Below, one piece after another: positions 12,800 to 25,228 of a DNA stretch of 64,000 nt. The stretch is taken from contig NC_087436.1 in NCBI RefSeq assembly GCF_036321535.1, positions 62,870,001-62,934,000 on the forward strand, read 5' to 3'. Each line of letters opens with the position of its first letter. Within the stretch, counting starts at the first letter, position 1. The stretch is from Camelus dromedarius (Eukaryota). The position numbers were made by a program, and so were the translations under genes. The notes beneath the pieces are model-generated. The model was given only the letters and a program-made list of their open reading frames with translations. It was not told the DNA's origin and made no database searches.

Positions 12800-14685
12800 A
12801 TCAACAAACTCACAGCCATTCTGGGCACAAGGAGAAATGACTACAGTCAAAGTGATCTTTCACTTCAGAAATATGACTGAAAACAAATGGATAAATGTGC
12901 TGAAAACAGATGGCTAAGTGTGTTGAAAACAGGTACTGTGAAGTTGTTAAGTCTACTGTGGCAGCCAAACAAGTGAGTTCCAGAACCACTGCTCTGATGG
13001 TGCCTGAAGCAGGTGAGGAAGGAGGGAACTGACAACAGGGACACTCAAACTGAGGCCAGGATGCCATCCACGATCCAGCTTTGATCATTCTGACAAATCA
13101 CTCTGATCCAGCATGATTTGCCCTCTTCAAAAGTCCCTGAAAAGCACTCAGATTTCTTTCTCTCTACCTTCTCTGTTAGAGACAGCTGATTGCTCAATAT
13201 CCAGGCTTGCCTTCTAAGTTTGTAAGTAAATCTTCTGTTTTTAGTGAGATATCTGACCATCCAGAGCTCAGACTATATTTTCCAGTCTCTTTTTTGAATA
13301 CCTATAGGTCCAAGTTATGGCCAATGGTATCAAGATGATCCAAAGTATCAGGCCAACAGTCATATCAGTGGTCTTACTCTGTTATCAAATTATGGTAATA
13401 CTTCCAAAGACACAGGTCACAGTGAAGCCCAAGTGAAATGGGGTGACATCTGGACTACTGAAACACTTTCCATGCTTTGGCATCTCATGTTAGGTTGAGT
13501 TTTGGCTTAGAGTTAACATAATAGGTCCCTGAGTGATGCATGTTCCTCAAAAGGAAGCTATTTTGGTCATGAAATAGCTTCATCTTACACTCCAAAAGCT
13601 ACATAGTTTAAGTGATATTTTGCAAGGAGCCACTCACCAAAGATTTCATAAATTCATAGATTCCAGGTGTGTTTACCGGAAACAATCCTGATTATGTCAG
13701 GTATATCCTGCTAAAACTATTCTAGAGATGAGGACTCTGCAGCTAGTGAATGCCATTCATGAGTTTGCTAAGGTATCACCATGATTACAATAAGATTTGA
13801 CAGGCTACTTACTTTTTACTAATCAGGAATGTAAGCCCCAAATTCACGTCTGACTTCCAGAATTCCTTCTTATTATGTTATACTGAACAATTTACAGAAA
13901 CCCAACTGCAACGAACATGGACCAACACTGAGTCCAGATGTTCGTCAATCAACCAAGAGTTGGCACCTTTCATATAGAATTATTAATACATCCATATTGA
14001 TAAAGCCAGCTTCTCTCATGTAACACCCTCTGAATCTATGTCTACACATAGTCTTAAGATTTACATTGACATAAATGAAATCTTGAAATTCTTTTGGTGT
14101 ATAAGGCTTTTCCTTTTGAGTTAAAATTTGTATACAGTCCTCTGTGAAAGCTAGGATCTGATTCAGTTATAAATCTAGAGGTAATTTTGGAAGGAATAGA
14201 GAAGTGAGGCATGAGGAGAATGGCAATGTAAATTGTGCAGGTGATGTTATTACAAGTTTTTCAGGACATGAACTACTTCATTGGACTTGCAAGGTGGCAT
14301 CCTCTGCTGTCAGAAGATATGCATGAAGTTTAGGAATTTGGGATGCAAAGATTTATTTAAATTCACCAGAATGTCTCAACTATAATATTGGAAACTCTCT
14401 GTTGACCAATCAGTACACGAACTTTCATGAAAGAGGCCTGATGCTGCTGCTTAAAGCATTCCTGCACTGTATGTAGTCAGTCGTTTTCAGCAGTGATACC
14501 TTGACTCTGCAATGGCGTACTTTCATCAACTAGGTTAAGTGCTTTCTATCTGTATTCATTTTATCAGTTAGTCATCATTTAATAGTGTTTTTTGCTGCCT
14601 TCTACCCCAGCCATGTCACATAATGATCCTTGACTCCCACTTCCTTTAGAGTCTGTTTTGTTGCCTGAGTTCTCTTCTGGTAAAA
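12800..14685 (-). mobile_element. Decayed ERVL/MaLR internal region (gag to protease)
   Basis: Minus-strand translation gives, in ERVL order, KVRVLIG (~14420), YTPKEFQDF (~14090), DYV*T*IQRVL (cf. EHVWEWILRV), AGFINM (cf. AEFIDM) and IVDGILASV (~13060, cf. protease VINGVLAQV); many stops and frameshifts. Confidence 0.8.
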
Positions 14686-15329
14686 ATTACTAAACAGAAA
14701 ACCTAGTAAGTTAAAAATAACAAAATTATTTCTACCTACTTTAAGTACGATTAGGTTTTTTAAAATAGATTTAGTTCAAACATCTTTTAGAGTACTAAAT
14801 TGACACCCTCAAACCTGAATTTCTAGGAAATATTTTCTAAACTAAACCACGGATCTGCAGACCAAGGTATAGGCACCCTCTGCCTCTATTAGTTGATTGG
14901 GATTGAAGAGATAAAAACAAAATTTTAAAGAAAATTAACAAAGTAAGTATATTAAGACTTTCCAGTGTGATGGATTATCAGAATATGCTATTTGAAAGTG
15001 CTGAACATTATTAAAAACCTACAAAAATTGATGTATAACATTTTAGAAACTTAAGACGTAGCTCACAAATCTTCATATTGAAAAGGAAAACTACAGGTTT
15101 TTTTTAAAAAACAAAAGTATTCACATGTTTGAAATATTAAATGTGATAACTTATGGAATACTTATTTTTGAGGGAAAAAAATCCCCAGGAATCTGGATAA
15201 TTTATTTTTAATGCAACTTAAAGTTATTCACAGAAAAGCAACTGTTCAGAAAATTTACCCTTCATATAGCTTTAAAAAATTATTTGCTATTGTACTCAAG
15301 TCAATTAGGAAATGTACGTATAGGTTATT

Positions 15330-16020
15330 AAGCACCATCAAGCAGGAAGAAAATCATTGCACAAAGAGATTAACAGAATATATTTTTACTTAAATTGTCA
15401 TTTGAGATGTGATCCGAATGACAGTGAACCAGCTATTCAAGTATCTGAGAGAAGTGGAGCAAGAAGGCTTCATTCATGAGCATTATGAGATGAGATCAAA
15501 GATTTAGGCAGAGGCCCATTCGTGTAAAGCTTTATAAGCTAGAATGAGATACAGAAATTTTAATCTCTTTCCAATGGTAAGCCATTGAAGGATTCTGAGC
15601 AGAGAAGTTACTTGACATGATTTACACTTGGAAAGATCTCCCAGGAATTCAGTGCAAATGAGATTTCTGGCATAGTGATAGAAATCGGAAGCCCAGATAG
15701 ATGCTGTTTGAAGAGCCTAAGTGAACTGTGGTTGATGCTTGACTAGGAATACAGTGAAGCTGGACAGAAGTGGAAATACACAGAATATGTTTTGGAGAAA
15801 AGCTAAGATATGATGTAGATTGGATGTCAAAAGTGAGAAACCAAAGACAACCTCTTAGATTTGGCTTTAGCAACTGAATGAAGGGTGGTGCCCTTCCCTG
15901 AGATGGAAGATGTTATCTAAGAAATACGTTTATAGGGGAGAAGAAATAAAAATATGTTTTTGAAATGCTTAATTTTTGATACTTATTAATGTGAAGCAAC
16001 AGTGATGGTTGAATATCTGT
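15330..16020 (-). mobile_element. L2 fragment
   Basis: aatggtaagccattgaaggattctgagcagagaag...gacatgatttacacttggaaagatc...ttggctttagcaactgaatg. Confidence 0.8.
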
Positions 16021-16689
16021 TAGACACTGGGAATATACCTAATGCTTTGGTGTGATGAGAGTAGTGCCAAGTGGCATCACTTAATGTGCCAGACCAAGGG
16101 AGGACAACCGACACATACTCCCTGAGGTAGCCTAGAAATCTAACTCAAGGGGCGCTGGGCAGTACCCTGAAGACTTCATGAATTATCTAAGATATTTGAG
16201 TTAGGGAATGGAAAGGAATACATTCCCCCAAAGGTGTGATTGCAAAGCCATGGTAATTTGGGTTTTGCAACTGGTATTTTGGACCCTTTTTTTTTTCCTT
16301 TATGCTAGTGCAACTTCAGGCACAGTTTTATGTGTTATTAGGTAAGACAGCTTTAAGGGATTCAATATGAAATGTGCATGCCCCAGTAATTAATCTTGAA
16401 CATGTATCAGTTAGGAAAATGCAGTTACTCCATTTAATGCACTGCATTTTATTTATAGGAAAGATGGGTAGGGAACCCAGGTTTATGTTAAAACTAAAAA
16501 ACATACAAAACTTTTATAAGTTAATATACACCTTCCGGAAGTCCAAACTGTTCTATATTTTCCATTTTTCTATAATGAACATTACTTTCATTTTTTAATT
16601 AAAAAACTTCATGAAAACTTTTATTTTTTCACTTCTGTAAGAATTTAAATTCCTGTTACTTTTTTTGTAGATTGAGTTTGCTGTGTAAA

Positions 16690-17165
16690 TATGCATTCAG
16701 CAATTTCCTTGTATGAGGTCTATATGCAAGGAAATGCAAACAATGATTTAGACAAAGATATTCATTACAACATTATGTACAATGGTGAATAACTGGAAAG
16801 AAATTAAATCCCTAATATAAGGGAAATTTAAAAGAAAAAGATGCATCTCAGTAATAGACAATAATGGGATAATTAAAATTAAGTTTTTTTAGCCATCTTA
16901 TGAGCAAAGAAAATGTTTATAATGGTTGTTAACTGACTCACCAATACACAAATTATATTTTGTGTAATCACAAATGTTTAAAATAGTCATTAAGAACCCA
17001 GTATACTAAGACAGCATGTTAGCTATAGTTACTCCTGGGTGTTGGAATAATCTATTATATTTCTTCTATTTTATTATTTTATATTTTATTATGTTTCTTA
17101 CATTTCTTCTATTTTATTCTTATTAAATTTCCAGCAATATATTTTAGGTTTGTAATTGGATAAAA
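16690..17165 (+). mobile_element. Old L1 (L1ME-like) 3' region
   Basis: acaaagatattcattacaacattatgtacaatggtgaataactggaaa, a decayed ORF2 end / 3' UTR. Confidence 0.6.
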
Positions 17166-17949
17166 CTCAAAAAAAAAACCAACACAACAACAGGACTTTT
17201 AGTGGGAAACAAGAAATACTGAGCCAGATTTTCAATATCCAGAACCCCATCAAAAAATCATGGACTTAAAGAAATAACAAATAACATCTGTCTCTCCCAT
17301 CTAAAGTTTGAACTAAATGACAAATATGACAAAACATAGTACAGAAGATGTGAGGTCAAAATTTATCTTGTTACTAATAAAATGAGTATCTGCAGGTTAG
17401 TTGATTTCTTACTATTGAACCCCCAAATCTGATATACCCCTCCCCAGTCATACATAATGTTTGATTACTTCTAATATGCCTGTTCTTATAACACTCATTA
17501 ACATGGAGTTAGAAAAGAAAGACTGTTCCTGTGGGGAGTTTGATTCTTATGAAAAAAGAAAAGAAATAACAAGCCATATATATATATGTCAGGTTCTGCT
17601 CTTAAATTAAGTAGCCTTTTTGAACAAGGAATGACTTGCTTGTGGGAAGCAGGGAGTGGAGGCTACTAATGTTATGCTTTTGAAATGCCCTTTGCATGAA
17701 AGGAAACACCAGAAGTTAGAAAATATGGCACATGAAACGCATTCACATGTAGAGACAAATTCAGTTTTTATAAATTAAATTTATCTTTGTTTTTGAATTT
17801 ATACTTCACTTACTAATTCTTTCTGAGTAATCAAATCAAATTTAGAAAAAAATTCAGAGTATTTATCAAAAGCCATTTTGACATGGTTGATACAACAGAG
17901 CTTCTAAATACACCTACAATTTTGCTGTTAGAATATATATTCTAAATGG

Positions 17950-18460
17950 AAATATTCTTTTTTATATAAAAGTAAAAGATAAACTGTTCTTCCCTTTCTT
18001 AAGTGAAAAATTATAAATGATTGTTAACTAATTTTTTTTACCAGAAATTATATGAAGTTGTATAGTTCCAATATATTTTTATGTCATTTAACAATATACC
18101 TTGGGCAGCTCTATGGCAGCATATAAGAACAACTTATTTGTTTATAAATGCAAAGCAGTTCACTGAATGGGCATATTTTTCTTTATTTAAGACTCCTTTG
18201 GTAAACAATTAAATTGGGGGACATTAAAAATCCAGCAAATAGTATTACTGAAAATATATCTTTCTTCACTTACCAGATTATTTTCTAAAATCTTAGAATC
18301 AAAATATCTAGGTAAAGAAATGCACAGCTAAATTTTGTTATGTATTCCAGAATTGGCACCCATAAAAACTTAACTGAAATACATTTCCACAAAAAGTAAT
18401 TATTACTTTGGATAGATTTCCAGTTCATTAAAATTATTGTGTACTTTATTTCCTCTGTAT
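17950..18460 (-). mobile_element. Old L1 (L1ME-like) fragment
   Basis: catttaacaatataccttgg...ctagg...tcttagaatcaaaatatctagg reverse L1ME-like pattern. Confidence 0.45.
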
Positions 18461-18837
18461 CTGAATACAAAAAAAGATTTAAAAACTTGATTAGTTATGT
18501 TATTCTAGCAGTATTTCCATAGTCTAGCAAAACATATGAATGCAATATTTAAAAATTCATAATTGCACAATATTTCAGGAAAAAATTAGTAAAATATGAT
18601 TAATTTGTACTTGCTCCAAGGTGTAACTTTAATGTGTTTCTAATTAAGACATTTAATGAATATAAGAATAACTGACTTTTTTTTTTAAGTATCTTTAACA
18701 ACTTGTCCAGCCAGAGCCTGAACAAAGAGAATTATTTTCCTTCTAGACTGTGTATTCCAAAACCAACACCCATTCTTTAGGCATATTTAAAGGCTTCATT
18801 ATGTCACAATTTTTAACCTGCAATGTTTATGGAAACA

Positions 18838-18965
18838 GCTCATTCATTCATCCATCTGTGAATAGCATATACTTGAAGCTTGTATGCTTCAGTTATAGTG
18901 GTAAATGCTAAGAATACATAGATGTGTCAGACATGGCCTCTGCCCTCGAGGATTTGACAGAAGCT
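18838..18965 (-). mobile_element. L2 3' end
   Basis: cattcattcatcc...agacatggcctctgccctcgagga. Confidence 0.65.
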
Positions 18966-20349
18966 GTGTCATTCTGTCAAAAAAAAGTTCAACTGTAGCA
19001 TAGTCTATATCACCTAAGATCAGCATTGTAGAATCAGGCAATTTAAATAATACAATCTAAGTATTTATATCACCATAGGATTTATTCTTTGAACAAATTT
19101 GTGAATTACACCATTCTCTGATTACTAATGTGAAGTATGAACAATGCTTATTCAAGCATTTAGGCAAAGTTATGGGGTATCCAAATGTGTCCTCAGACAC
19201 CCTCCATTTTAACAGTTTAAAGTTTAATGTTTAAACAGCATATACTCTACCCAGCCATCTCTCTGCTCCCACAGAGAAGCAATTTTTTCATGACCATCAG
19301 ATTAACTGTTCATCCATCTACATGTCAAAATGTCCATCTGTCATCCCTAGAGGCATGCTGTATTTTTTTTAAATCATAGTCTTGGCCTTTTTCCTATCCA
19401 GGTTTCTATCACCAAAAAACACTGTCCATCACATACTTGTTACATCATAGTCTGAATCTTAGCTAAGAAATTAATGACCTACTGAGAAAGATTTTTTAAA
19501 ATTCATTTAATTAAATATATGACACTCATCTTATCTCAATGTATTTTGCCAATTTACTATGAACTATTTTTTATGACAGTAAACACACCACTTTCATATC
19601 ATGCCCATTATACATTTAAAACATTTTCCACCAGAAGACTGAAAAATATGCACAGTAATCTTCATAATTCCAACTAAATAAAAGTAAACATAAATAAAGT
19701 ATTTTATTTATATATGATGGTCAAGATTTGCCATTTGAATTACAGCAGCATGAAAATCAATATTACTTGGGAATTTGCTGAAAATGGGTAAGATATTTAG
19801 GTGTCCTTATTAATGGTATAATAAAATGAAGAAACACTGCTCTACAGAATTTTGTGGGGGCTGAAACAGAATAAAGTAAAATGAGAGGTAAAGCGCTAAC
19901 AGGAACAGCAGGTTAAAAGGAGATACCCTTGAATGGCCAGCATAGCGGTGGCGGAGGATGAATTGAAATGGTAGGACAGATGCGCTGCTTTGATTGCTCT
20001 TTGGCTTGTTCTCCTTTACAACAGATACCCAGTGATCCCAGGAGCATTCTGAGATGTTCATGATATGCTCCTTAACTCAGGCAAAATAAAACGACACATC
20101 CTGCAGCCACAAGTCACTTGACCTAGATGGCATCTTACTAAGTAAGCTGAATGTGTTAAGCTATTTTTGAACAATTATCATTTGTATTTTTTTTCCTGTT
20201 AGACATTCACAGCAATGAGGGAATCACAAAGCCACCAGGCATCTAAAACCTATCCTTTGATGAACCTTGGAGAAATGTCGTCAGTGAGCATTTTAGGAAG
20301 ACTTGTTAATTCCCTAATTTGTGCTATTGTAGAACTTAATTCGTGCCTT

Positions 20350-20540
20350 GAGGTGTATATGTCTGTCTCCTCCTATGACATACTCCATGAAAACAGAGAC
20401 TAGCTCTCTCTTTCTGTCCCTTAAATCCATGGTGCTGTGTCTGTACACAGCAGGTGCTCTGGACCTGCTTAGTTAGGGAAGAACTGATGGAGTAAATGAC
20501 AGAATGGACTAAATGACAGAATGAATGATGGAATAAATAA
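20350..20540 (+). mobile_element. L2 3' end
   Basis: ctccatgaaaacagagac...acacagcaggtgctc...gaatgaatg. Confidence 0.6.
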
Positions 20541-21345
20541 TTTAAGTAAAAAAGATTTTCTTTGTCATCACATTTCTAACAAGGGGGGTGGGTAGGGAGA
20601 CCTGTGTCCTCAGCAGCTGTAGGGAGAGAGTCATTAAGCTACAGGGGCCCATCCCTTGATTTTTCAAGTGGCAACTGCTCCTTTCATTCAGCAGGTAATG
20701 CCAGCTACTCCATCATTGTAGCCCTGGGGAAGGATGCTTAAGGGGTAACTGCCACTTAAGAGGGTTTCACATTCGCAGATATAGGCTATCAATTTCCTAT
20801 ATGTGTTCCACACAACTTCTGAACACAAACAAGAACCTCTAAAGGAATTATATTGAATCTTGTTGTCCTCTCTGCCACAGCCAGCGTCACTGTGGAGGAA
20901 AGATGCACATTAGAGTTACAGGAGTTTGTTTGAAAACAGAAAAAAAAAAAGAGAGCTGCAAGGTGATGTAAGTAAAATCATAGGATGAATTTTATGTATC
21001 ATTAATTCTGATAACTGACTTTATTGCTTTGGAAAATTATTATGGCAGTCTGCTACAAAATACTTAACCTAATTTAAATTTCAGAACACAGTTTTTGGCA
21101 AATCACTAGAAGCAATATTTTTAATCAATGAAGTGGATCTAATTTGGATTTCAGATGTACAGAGAGAGAGAGAGGTTTCCCAAGGTAAGCACTTTGTATT
21201 TCACAGCTGTGCTTTAAATGTTGTTACAAGTAGCACAATTAAATAATGGCTTTTTATTTCTACACAGAAAACCCACGGAAGATCAAAGTCTAAACTATTT
21301 CCTTGCTGGCATGTTTTAATTGATATTTTTATACAGCCATTATGG

Positions 21346-21354
21346 TTCCCGGAA
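21346..21354. promoter_or_regulatory. Perfect GAS/STAT motif TTCCCGGAA
   Basis: Exact consensus with retained CpG, in a block with no repeat I recognise; function untested. Confidence 0.3.
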
Positions 21355-23379
21355 ATATTTCACGACTGCCTCGCACAATAATTTTGCCAAGAACCAGATG
21401 ATGTTTAGGGGTTGCATCAGAACACCTAGCAAATATTGTTTTAGGAATTAGGATATTAAAATTGCTATCATTTTGCTCCAACCAACAACTTAACTTTAAC
21501 AAGTTACTCTGATTCTCAAAAATTTAAACCAGGAAGACAGGACCATGTTGTTTCCTAGTTTCATTTTTCCCATTGGCTCAGATTTGTTTGATAGCATTAC
21601 CTTTTTTCAAAAGGTTTGGCTGCACCAAACATTAAAGCTATAAATACAGATCTCTCAAACAAAGGAAAAAGAAAATCTCTACTTCCCCACTTTCTCACTA
21701 GTAAACATTGTTACGGGGGAGAAAAGGCAATGTTCATATCAATCAGTTGACTACCTGCTGTGAATTGCAGGCAGCACTCTAAGAATCTTGGCTTCGTGTC
21801 CTTGTTTTACTATTCCTAGAGCAAATCACCCATGATACCCTCAGATAAAGCTATCCACTGCACTTAACCCAAAACTCAGACGAGGTCAGCAGCTGTCAGT
21901 GTGGAATCAGAGTCAGCAGTGTATATAAAATGGTCCCTCCTCTGGACATTGTTGAGGAATGCAAACATTTTTTAAAAGGATGCATATGTGATGATAGGAG
22001 GAAAAGTGAATTAATGTTGCTTACTGAAGGGAGATCAGAGGCTTTAAACAATGAGCCAAATTCTGCTTTTATTTGTGGTCTATTATTCCTGATGAAGTTA
22101 AGATGTACATAAGTGAGAGCAGAGGTGGCCCAACTCATTCTAGATATCAGCAGGTTTTAGCTTTGTCTTAAAATGTTCTATTTTGTATGAAAAAGAAAGG
22201 CACATACCGAACACCTATTTTTACCATCTGTGACTAACAACCCATTTTCCTGTTGCCATATATTTCATTAGGATGTACAGAAGTAGATGAGAAGACTTAG
22301 CCCCACTCAATGAATTTAACATGATTCAGTGAGAAAGTGAAGTATTTGCAAAATGATATTAGGAACAAACTGGCTAGGTGTTCCTCAGACAAAGAGCAGG
22401 CCACCTGAATCTCCTGAGGGAATTTATCTCCTAAAGAAATGAAAATTTTGATCTTCTTGGCAGAACACACTCTTGAACAGATAACTGAACCAAAACACTT
22501 TTGAATGGAACAGAAGAGCTGCATTTTTCACAAAACAGGTTAAAAATGTTCAGTCCTGTCACGTAGAGCAATGGATTTTTTCCAGGAAATCCAGTATGCC
22601 ATCATCCTGAGGGAAGTAAGATTATCAGGAAATTACATTAGGCTATTGATGATTTAATCTGATTCCTAACAGCCCATTTTAGGAAAGGTGCAAGTTTCAG
22701 GCAACAACTGCAGCTGGAGAAGATGATACTCTCACAAATATCTATATTTAGGTGATATTATTTGAAATACCATAATATCATCCTCAAAATATCAGAGGAC
22801 ATAGAGGAAATGCATTTGAGTTTCTGGTGCATTTGAGTTTCTTCAGAACGTAGTGGAACAATATGGTCCATAAAACAACGGTTTCTTTTTTTTAAAGATA
22901 ACAGATTGAAATATACAGAATAATTCTAAGATAATGTATGAATGCTCTACATACTGGCATGCATTAAAAGAAAATAATCAGGAGGAAATAGAGCAAAATA
23001 CAGAATGCCTGTCTCAGGAAAATTAAGAAAGATTCTCTTCATTATCTTTTTACTTTATACATTTTATAACAGAATGATATGCTTACACACTGGATTGGAC
23101 TATAATTATTTTTTAAATTGCTGTCTTTTAAATAGTTGTGCAATGAAACTACAATACACATAACCATTTGACTTATATGCTAAATCAAAGAATGTTTTAC
23201 ATGTAACATAAAGTGAAATTTCTTGTGATTTTATTTTTCTACATGAGTGCATTTGAATGGAACATTTAGATCATTTCAGTATGTACTTACTGAATGCCGG
23301 CCCTGTCCTGAATAATAGGATACCAAGAGTTTCTTGAACTCTATTAATAATTTACAAATTCTGTTAAAATAAAACATGC

Positions 23380-23520
23380 CATTTCATCCTTACAACTCGC
23401 TAAACTTATTTTTAGCAAATGTGCAGTTGAAGAAACAAAGGATTAGGTCACACAGTTAGGAAGTGGGAGAGGCAGAAACTAAAACCACAGTTTCCCCTGC
23501 CATGCTCAGTTTTCTTTCCA
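23380..23520 (-). mobile_element. MIR fragment
   Basis: tttcatccttacaac...aggtcacacagttaggaagtgggagaggcagaa. Confidence 0.6.
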
Positions 23521-23699
23521 TTTTATAGTTGCCTTCTAATAATTGAAACAAAAGATTCAGTCTTTTTCATTCACTGTAGCCTAAATGTATTATTCATGGA
23601 AGGTCTGAGATAAAGAAAGTAACTAACTTAATTCCTTGTAGGACAATAATGACCAATGATAAATTGATTCCACAAAACAAGTCTGCTTCTTGCTCTGTA

Positions 23700-24075
23700 T
23701 GGAGGTACCAGAGAGGGTGGACCACACTGGGGAACAGAATGCTGCATGGCACACTGTGTAGGAATAGAAAGAAGGCCAGTGAGAATGATACAGCGGCAGG
23801 AGAGGCAACGTGGAGAGAGATGAACCTACGGAAAGAGGCAGAAGCACCACAGCATCAGACCATCAAAACAATGTCAAAACTTTAGCCTTCGTCACAAAAG
23901 ACTAGGAATCTCAAAATATTTTAAGAACAGATGTAACATAATCAGATTTTAATTTTTAAAATGTGGCTGCAATATGGGGAATTCATATTAAATAAGAGAT
24001 GTCTCAGAGAGAAAAGGAAGTGATCAGATTAGAAGCTTTTGTAGTGTACAAGCCATATATACGGGTGCTGAAAAT
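23700..24075 (-). mobile_element. L2 fragment
   Basis: aggaatagaaagaaggccagtg...acataatcagattttaatttttaaaa...gcttttgtagtgtacaag. Confidence 0.65.
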
Positions 24076-24091
24076 GTGACTTATGATGATG

Positions 24092-24288
24092 ATGGCTGTG
24101 ATTATGCCTTAACTACACCAGGAAAGGACGGCCTCCGAGTGATCAGCAGAGTAGTCATCATCTACAACTATCTATGAGCCAACCCAAGTGGTCACACAAG
24201 TCACTGAGGATGATATCCACTGGTCTTTATCACACAATTACCCTCAAAGCAGGTCCGTGATAGTTAAGGGCTATCCACTATCGCCATG
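24092..24288. mobile_element. About 200-bp MITE-like element with imperfect terminal inverted repeats (possibly MER105-type)
   Basis: Left atggctgtgattatgccttaactacacc versus reverse complement of right end atggcgatagtggatagcccttaactatcacgg. Confidence 0.55.
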
Positions 24289-24797
24289 GATTATGAACCA
24301 AAAGAAATATTTGATCCATTAACTCCAGCAGTTTATATATTATATATATTTTTAATGAAAATATATGTTTTAACTACATAGTGTGAAAGATCTCTAAGGA
24401 AAAAAATGGGTTGTCACATTAATTTCTGAGCTGCTGAATACTGTTTATTCATTTCAGTAAGTATCACTAATAAGTCTTTGATATCTGACCTCAGTCAGGT
24501 ATGTGTACAGTTGCTGATTCAATTGTTTTACTAAAGGACCAAAGTGATTTTCTACTCAGCAGTACCAACATTTTATAATAATAAATGTTTTCTTATTATT
24601 GTACATATATAGATTTTTTGATCAAAATATTTGAAATAGTTGTACCAATTCAATGCATGTCAAAAGCCAAACTCTACCAGTGAGGCCTAGATTACTGCAT
24701 CAATATGCTAATCTCTATTCCTAAGGACCTGGTAAATTGCTGCACCTGAGAATGCTTAATTTTAAGAACTTAATATCTACTGTGCATTGAGAGCCTC

Positions 24798-25228
24798 TGT
24801 GGCAGACTTGAAAATGACCCACTTAGATGCCCTGCATAATTGGCTGAGGGATCCATCTGCTGTCCCTCTGGATCCCCACTACATTCACTCTCAGGCAAGG
24901 CCTGCCATGGGCTGCTTCCAGCCAAAGCGTGAGCACCCTGGGGTGCAAATGAGGACCATCGCTTCGAGGTGCAGGACTTCTCTAATGAGTGACCTTGGCC
25001 CAACTGACCTTGCCAGACCGTTCTTGACTATGAACTGCAATCTGAGACTCTTTCTCTTCCAACCTCCTTTTCCCTGCTCTTTTTTGGCATCTTTGCAGCT
25101 AAAGGCTCTCTGCACCTCTTCATTTCCCTCCTTTTTATCTTTAACCCACATTTCCTGCAATAATTCACTCACATATCTAATTCTGTCTTGGCATATGGTT
25201 TCTCAGAGGAACCCTACAAACAGAAACA
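24798..25228 (+). mobile_element. 5' LTR (LTR16-like, ERVL)
   Basis: TG...CA ends; gaactgcaatctgagactctttc and ctaattctgtcttggc...ctcagaggaaccc motifs; followed by internal start ccagtagtgatctgagaaaacagg. Confidence 0.8.

Noticed and set aside
12900..14520. Endogenous bornavirus-like element: plus-strand snippets resembling Borna G (ADCS; LVMK*LHLTL..DILQ; NNPDYVRYI), M (HSLKIYIDI; FSYKSR), N and L
   Set aside because: The matches are short, need many frameshifts, have inconsistent spacing and fit four different viral genes in overlapping positions, which indicates overfitting. The minus strand gives a colinear ERVL Gag-Pro match. A TBLASTN with Bornaviridae proteins would settle it.
18953..18981. 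10-bp perfect stem TTTGACAGAA/TTCTGTCAAA followed by an A run
   Set aside because: Terminator-like only in bacteria; here it sits at an L2 edge and is plausible by chance
24250..24266. Reverse-strand taactatcacggacct resembling the LSU rRNA helix 69 / I-CeuI site
   Set aside because: Only a 14/16 match with no flanking rRNA similarity; it is part of the element's inverted repeat
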